From: Kiritimatiellia bacterium
GTDB taxonomy: Bacteria; Verrucomicrobiota; Kiritimatiellia; RFP12; UBA1067
Assembly (NCBI GenBank): GCA_050949565.1
Contig: JBMNFY010000017.1
Span: 1,344,001-1,408,000 of the forward strand
Direction: 5' to 3'
Length of the DNA stretch: 64,000 nucleotides
The notes beneath the pieces were generated by a model. It was not told where the DNA came from, did not search any database, and saw only the letters and a program-made list of their open reading frames with translations. A program made the translations under genes and the position numbers. Shown here in pieces: positions 58,677 to 64,000 of the stretch (position 1 is the first letter of the stretch; each line of letters starts with the position of its first letter).

Positions 58677-59675
58677 ATGACAATCCACGAACAGTGCCAG
58701 CTTGAACTCGCCGCGTGGCTGTTTGTGCTCGCGGCCGTACCGCTCTGTCTCGCGGCGCGGTGGCTGATACGGCGTCGCCGCTGGCACCCGCTACCGACCA
58801 TGGGCGTTGTGTTGATCGGTGGTTTGTGCGCGGCGGCGTTCGCACTGGCCGACGGCGAAAGAGGAAAGCCTGTGCCACCGCAGGTGTACCGCTACATGAG
58901 AGTCCGGAAAGAATGGCTTAAATGGACGCAGGCGGTGAAAGCGTCGTGGCTGGAAATGCTTTCCGGCATAACGTTCGTCCGTGAGCGCGTCGAGGTGATA
59001 GATACCGAAATCATCGCGATCACGAACGCGGTGAAACGGCCGGCGCGGAAACCGCCGGTAATGCAGTTGCGGCCAAACCTGCTCAACAACCCGAACAATC
59101 AGAACATCAAACTGCGGCCGAAAAATCTGACCAACAACGGCGATGGAACGTGGACGGTTGAGGTGCAGGCATCGCGAGAGATCACAGACGAACCCGCCGT
59201 CATGATGTACCTGCGTCGGCGGCGCGACGGCGCGACATGGTGGGTAGAGCACGAAAGTACGAGCTACCCCAGCAACACATCCGTCAATGCGTACACTTAC
59301 ACGTTCCGTCCACCCGTCGGCGTGGACGGGTACATAGCGGCTGCGGATGAGATTCTGCTTGGAGGTCCGAACGGTTGCCAGATCGAGGGCGTCGTGCTGG
59401 TCGATCCAGTGAGCGGCAAGATGTATGAGGGCATCACCGGAGACTACATCATCGATGGCCGACCGGTGCAGATCAAAGGCGGCGTGTTCAAGATGGAACC
59501 GAAGGTCGCGACGCAGGGCGAGGGCGGTGATCCTGAACCGATGGCGAAATCGGCGGGAGGTACGGGCGCGTTGACAGCACGTGATCTCATTCCTGATGTG
59601 GTAGCAGAGGAACCGGATGTGCCGAGGCTGAAACTGGCCATGCCTCCGCTCGACAACATGAGGACGATCAAATGA
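58677..59675 (+). CDS. Phage membrane-anchored protein (TM-RRRR-TM N-terminus)
   Basis: LAAWLFVLAAVPLCLAARWLIRRRRW followed by a second hydrophobic stretch and a beta-rich body. Confidence 0.65.
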   Translation: MTIHEQCQLELAAWLFVLAAVPLCLAARWLIRRRRWHPLPTMGVVLIGGLCAAAFALADGERGKPVPPQVYRYMRVRKEWLKWTQAVKASWLEMLSGITFVRERVEVIDTEIIAITNAVKRPARKPPVMQLRPNLLNNPNNQNIKLRPKNLTNNGDGTWTVEVQASREITDEPAVMMYLRRRRDGATWWVEHESTSYPSNTSVNAYTYTFRPPVGVDGYIAAADEILLGGPNGCQIEGVVLVDPVSGKMYEGITGDYIIDGRPVQIKGGVFKMEPKVATQGEGGDPEPMAKSAGGTGALTARDLIPDVVAEEPDVPRLKLAMPPLDNMRTIK

Positions 59676-60124
59676 TGGAGCTTGTTTGCAGGATCTACGC
59701 TTGGACTGTCGCCGCCGTCTTGTCCGGTGTCGGCTGGGACATGCAGGCGTTCGGGAACGTGATCGTCTGCGGCGGAACGGCCGTGCAAGTACAGCCGGGG
59801 TGCCTCGCAGCCCGGGCCGTCGGCCTGGTCGGCCTGGTCGGCCTGGTCGCGTCAGCCGGGCTGCGGCAGGCGTGGCCGTTCCCCGCTGCGCTGGCCGCCG
59901 GCACGGCGATGAGCTGGCTTAGATGTTTCACGCTTGTCGCACTCTGTTTGCGCCATCCGGCCATATTTGAGCGCGTACACGGGCAGTGCGGCTATGCAGT
60001 GTTTCTTGCATCGACCTTGGTGCTCTTGGTGCTCTTGGTGATTTTCCGGCGGACACGGTGTCGGCCGGCATCGCGCGGTTCCTTCGGAGTTCCACCGCGC
60101 GATGTAACTTTTCGGCCATTATAG
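59672..60124 (+). CDS. Exosortase/archaeosortase-family membrane protein (minimal)
   Basis: GNVI..GG..VQV..GC (Cys), SWLRC (Arg) and FERVHG..G (His) in the correct order within TM segments. Confidence 0.65.
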   Translation: MMELVCRIYAWTVAAVLSGVGWDMQAFGNVIVCGGTAVQVQPGCLAARAVGLVGLVGLVASAGLRQAWPFPAALAAGTAMSWLRCFTLVALCLRHPAIFERVHGQCGYAVFLASTLVLLVLLVIFRRTRCRPASRGSFGVPPRDVTFRPL

Positions 60125-60136
60125 AGGAGTTTTTTC

Positions 60137-60472
60137 ATGGTTGTAAAATCGTTCAAAGAAGAAGTGCGGTACGGGACGATACGCATTTTTGCCGTCATGC
60201 TGATTGCTTCGCTTTTCGCCGTCTCGCTGGTGGTGGCCACGGAGATGCCCGATCCGTTCACAGCGGCCGAGCGTATCGAAAAACTGAGCGCCACCGGCAT
60301 ACTCGCATTCGGGTTCATTCTGAGCTTAGGAACGACAGCCTATTTGATCAAGCTACAGTTCAGTAAATTTGACACGATCATCGAAGCGAACACCAGAGTG
60401 ATCGCGGAAACTTGCCGCGCGATGGAGCAGGTGCAATCTGCGATAAATCACTGTCGGCGCAGCAACGAGTAA
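60137..60472 (+). CDS. Holin-like membrane protein
   Basis: Two TM helices plus a short coiled coil; GAGGAG RBS; end of the late operon. Confidence 0.45.
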   Translation: MVVKSFKEEVRYGTIRIFAVMLIASLFAVSLVVATEMPDPFTAAERIEKLSATGILAFGFILSLGTTAYLIKLQFSKFDTIIEANTRVIAETCRAMEQVQSAINHCRRSNE

Positions 60473-60519
60473 CGACGATTTCATCCACGGCGCGATGCCG
60501 TGGCCAACAGGAGAAACAC

Positions 60520-60867
60520 ATGAACGAACTACTGAACAACGTGCAGGTCCAGACTGCGCTCATCACGCTGATCGTGCTAGCGCTCAACGCTCTGGCGCAA
60601 TGGCTGAAGAGCAAGACGCGCGGATCGCTGCTCGAATACGTGTGGTGCTACGCGCAGCCGATCATCGCGGCATTCATTGCGGCCGCGCGTGAGGTGATGC
60701 AAGAAGGCGGCGAAGGATCGGCCGCGATACGCGGGATCATGGATAAATCGCTGGCCGAGTTCGCCGACCAATACGAACTGTTCGAGGGCCGTCCTCCGAC
60801 CGAGGCAGAGATCGCTGCGGTGCGGAATGAACTGGTCACGCAACTAAAACGCATTATCGGAGGCTAA
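60520..60867 (+). CDS. Holin-like protein (LL-H type pattern)
   Basis: Single N-terminal TM helix, then an amphipathic helical domain; AGGAG RBS. Confidence 0.5.
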   Translation: MNELLNNVQVQTALITLIVLALNALAQWLKSKTRGSLLEYVWCYAQPIIAAFIAAAREVMQEGGEGSAAIRGIMDKSLAEFADQYELFEGRPPTEAEIAAVRNELVTQLKRIIGG

Positions 60868-60869
60868 GC

Positions 60870-61052
60870 GTGGAAAAATACGATCAGATCACATCGCCTG
60901 ACGACAAGGGCAAAGCAGAATTTATTCGGAGGTCCGACAACAAATCGGCACGGGTAAAAATCACATGGTTCAAGGCTTCTCCGGACGGCGACGGCATGGT
61001 GGCTGTTAGCCGAGTCAAGGCGATCCGCCTGTCGGGGTTGCATTGGGCGTAA
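60870..61052 (+). CDS. Small phage hypothetical protein
   Basis: 60-aa ORF in operon. Confidence 0.4.
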   Translation: MEKYDQITSPDDKGKAEFIRRSDNKSARVKITWFKASPDGDGMVAVSRVKAIRLSGLHWA

Positions 61053-61069
61053 TCAGGAGGGATACCATC

Positions 61070-61813
61070 ATGATAAAACGGTTCACGAATTGGCTGGTTG
61101 CGCTGGCACTGGTTGCGGTGTCCGGGGTAACGGCGGGTTGCTACACAAAAGCGGTCGCATTCTCAAGGGTGCATCCGGACGGAGTGCGCGAGTGCGAAAT
61201 GCGTGTTATCGGCACCGGCGACAAAGCATCGCAGGTCGCGGCCGACGGCATGTTTGCCGATGGATCGCTCGATGACTTCGGGGCGGGTGTTCGGAGCACG
61301 TCTGCCAGCCAGCAGTCGTCGGGAGTAGACGGCACCATCAACGCACTCGGGTCGCTCATGAGCATCATGGCGCAGTTCATGGCCAACGGACAGCAATACA
61401 GGGTTGGCGTCGGCACGCCCGCCGCATCCACCATGACGGACAGTTCAACGGATAGCGTATCGGCACCTGCGCAGCGGACTACATCAGTTGTTTTAAGCGG
61501 CAAGGTTGCAGAGGCTAAGGCGGCGAACAAAACGCTGATCGTCGTGGCAGGGAATCCTGCGTGTTCGTACTGCACAAAATTCAACGAGGCGGTCGCCGCC
61601 TCGACTTTGTCGACCAGGAGCGACATTATCTTCGTTAGCGAATCCGCTCCGTGGGCTGAAAACAGCGCACTGGACTGGACCGGAGGCGGGAACGCCCCTA
61701 TCGTCCGGATAACGCGATGGAATGCCGACGGATCGATAATGTGCGACCAGAAACTCAACCGCCCGAGCATTGCGGAGATTGAGGCCGCGATCACGGCCTG
61801 CGTAGCAAAGTAG
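61070..61813 (+). CDS. Lipoprotein with C-terminal thioredoxin-like CxxC domain
   Basis: Lipobox VTAGC; 'AKAANK..IVV.G...CSYC.KF'; AGGAGG RBS. Confidence 0.65.
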   Translation: MIKRFTNWLVALALVAVSGVTAGCYTKAVAFSRVHPDGVRECEMRVIGTGDKASQVAADGMFADGSLDDFGAGVRSTSASQQSSGVDGTINALGSLMSIMAQFMANGQQYRVGVGTPAASTMTDSSTDSVSAPAQRTTSVVLSGKVAEAKAANKTLIVVAGNPACSYCTKFNEAVAASTLSTRSDIIFVSESAPWAENSALDWTGGGNAPIVRITRWNADGSIMCDQKLNRPSIAEIEAAITACVAK

Positions 61814-61993
61814 CCGCAACACCGACTATGCTGCTCTGGCCAGCCGGTCGTACGAAGCGCGACGACGCAACAAGGCCGCCCGTAAAGCGGCCGGCAAATC
61901 TACGCCGCCCTCAGCAACGACTTGATGGCCATCGCTGCTTCTGCTACTATCGAGATCACGGTTTCAATTTTTTTACCGTGATCCGCACCATCT

Positions 61994-62099
61994 GTGGCAT
62001 GGGCGTCTCGCCCATGAAACACGGGCAAGATGCCCGTGCCACACCGCCTCGTGGCATGGGCGTCCCGCCCATGAAACACGGGCAAGATGCCCGTGCCAC
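61994..62099. repeat. Two tandem REP-like family-A copies
   Basis: GTGGCATGGGCGTC(T/C)CGCCCATGAAACACGGGCAAGATGCCCGTGCCAC, twice. Confidence 0.9.
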
Positions 62100-62125
62100 A
62101 CCCGGTTGCGGCGTCAGGAGTCTTT

Positions 62126-62524
62126 TTGCTTAGCCCGGAAACGATAGACAAAATCAAAGCGCGCATGGCCCTGGCCTCGGTCTTCGAGGAGGACCTTCAG
62201 GAGTCGTTTATTCTGGGTTCAGGCCCCGGTGGGCAAAAGACCAACAAAACCTCATCGACCGTCCGCCTCTATCACGCGCCCAGCGGCATGACGATCAAGT
62301 ATGGTCGCAGCCGTTCGCGCGAGGCGAACCGCTGGCTCGCGCGCCGCGAACTGGCCGAGAAGATTTTAGAGCGCGCGAAAAGCGAGCTTTCAGCGCGCCG
62401 TCAGGCCGCTGAAAAAATCCGCCGCCAAAAACGACGCCGCTCCCGCCGCCAGAAAGCGCGCATGCTCGACGAAAAGCGCAAGCACAGCGAGAAAAAAGCC
62501 GCACGCGCACGCGTCGAGTTTTGA
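62126..62524 (+). CDS. Peptide chain release factor-like protein (ArfB/YaeJ-related)
   Basis: GSGPGGQKTNKTSS and SREANRWLAR motifs; basic tail; AGGAG RBS with TTG start. Confidence 0.85.
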   Translation: MLSPETIDKIKARMALASVFEEDLQESFILGSGPGGQKTNKTSSTVRLYHAPSGMTIKYGRSRSREANRWLARRELAEKILERAKSELSARRQAAEKIRRQKRRRSRRQKARMLDEKRKHSEKKAARARVEF

Positions 62525-62724
62525 TTCCGCGTATGGCGCGGAGCCAAAACTCGAGTTGACATTTAGGAATTAGGATTTAGGAGTTAGTTCTGCCGGGTTT
62601 GCGGCATGGGCGGGTGCCCATGCCCACGGGCAGGATGCCCGTGCCACACCACCCGCAGGATCGGCAGTACCGGCAGTCCCCAAAGCCGAGCCATGCAAAA
62701 CTCCTAACTCCTAACTCCTAAATT

Positions 62725-64000
<1,276 letters not shown>

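Larger units (their letters stand above)
44045..61992. mobile_element. Defective prophage (siphovirus-like morphogenesis module) integrated at tRNA-Arg
   Basis: Integrase remnant overlapping the tRNA; terminase fragment, portal, scaffold, capsid, tail and holin-like genes; CGCACCATC at 44045 and 61984. Confidence 0.85.

Noticed and set aside
59821-60040. 9-bp triplications in the exosortase-like gene as phase-variation tracts
   Set aside because: In-frame (GLV x3, LVL x2-3) within TM helices; no on/off effect expected.
44782-61813. Contractile injection system or R-type tailocin
   Set aside because: Portal, scaffold and capsid are present and no sheath or baseplate-wedge genes were recognised.

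Overview
GC-rich bacterial chromosome segment. The CotH/lamin-tail protein and the general gene style suggest a PVC-superphylum organism such as Kiritimatiellae or Lentisphaerae; this is inference only. 1-25 kb: housekeeping and accessory genes (rfaD fragment, pterin-binding methyltransferase, rubrerythrin, lipA, CotH-like protein, tRNA-Pro, two glycoside-hydrolase-like genes, Zn/Mn ABC, proC, tcdA, Fe ABC permease, aguB/aguA split by a vWA gene). 25.6-39.8 kb: a type I restriction-modification locus (M48 partner, hsdR, DUF4209-like, frameshifted hsdS, fic, hsdM, GxxExxY nuclease-fold gene, second small hsdS). Most of its gene boundaries carry one family of 9-mer-built hairpin repeats, including a 2.3-kb array of 20 x 114 bp next to the GxxExxY gene. 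40-44 kb: glycerophosphodiester/glycerol-3-phosphate genes and tRNA-Arg. 44-62 kb: a defective prophage at tRNA-Arg in which an integrase C-terminus abuts a terminase C-terminus, while the head and tail genes look intact. The prophage holds a MuF/minor-capsid-PBECR2-like nuclease fusion faced by a self-contained structured antisense ncRNA candidate, a recurrent TTGAC-N5-GGCCAT motif before late genes, several signal-peptide-bearing genes in the structural module, and an exosortase-like gene. The window ends with an ArfB-like gene and mfd. All protein calls come from motif recognition by eye; no database searches were run.
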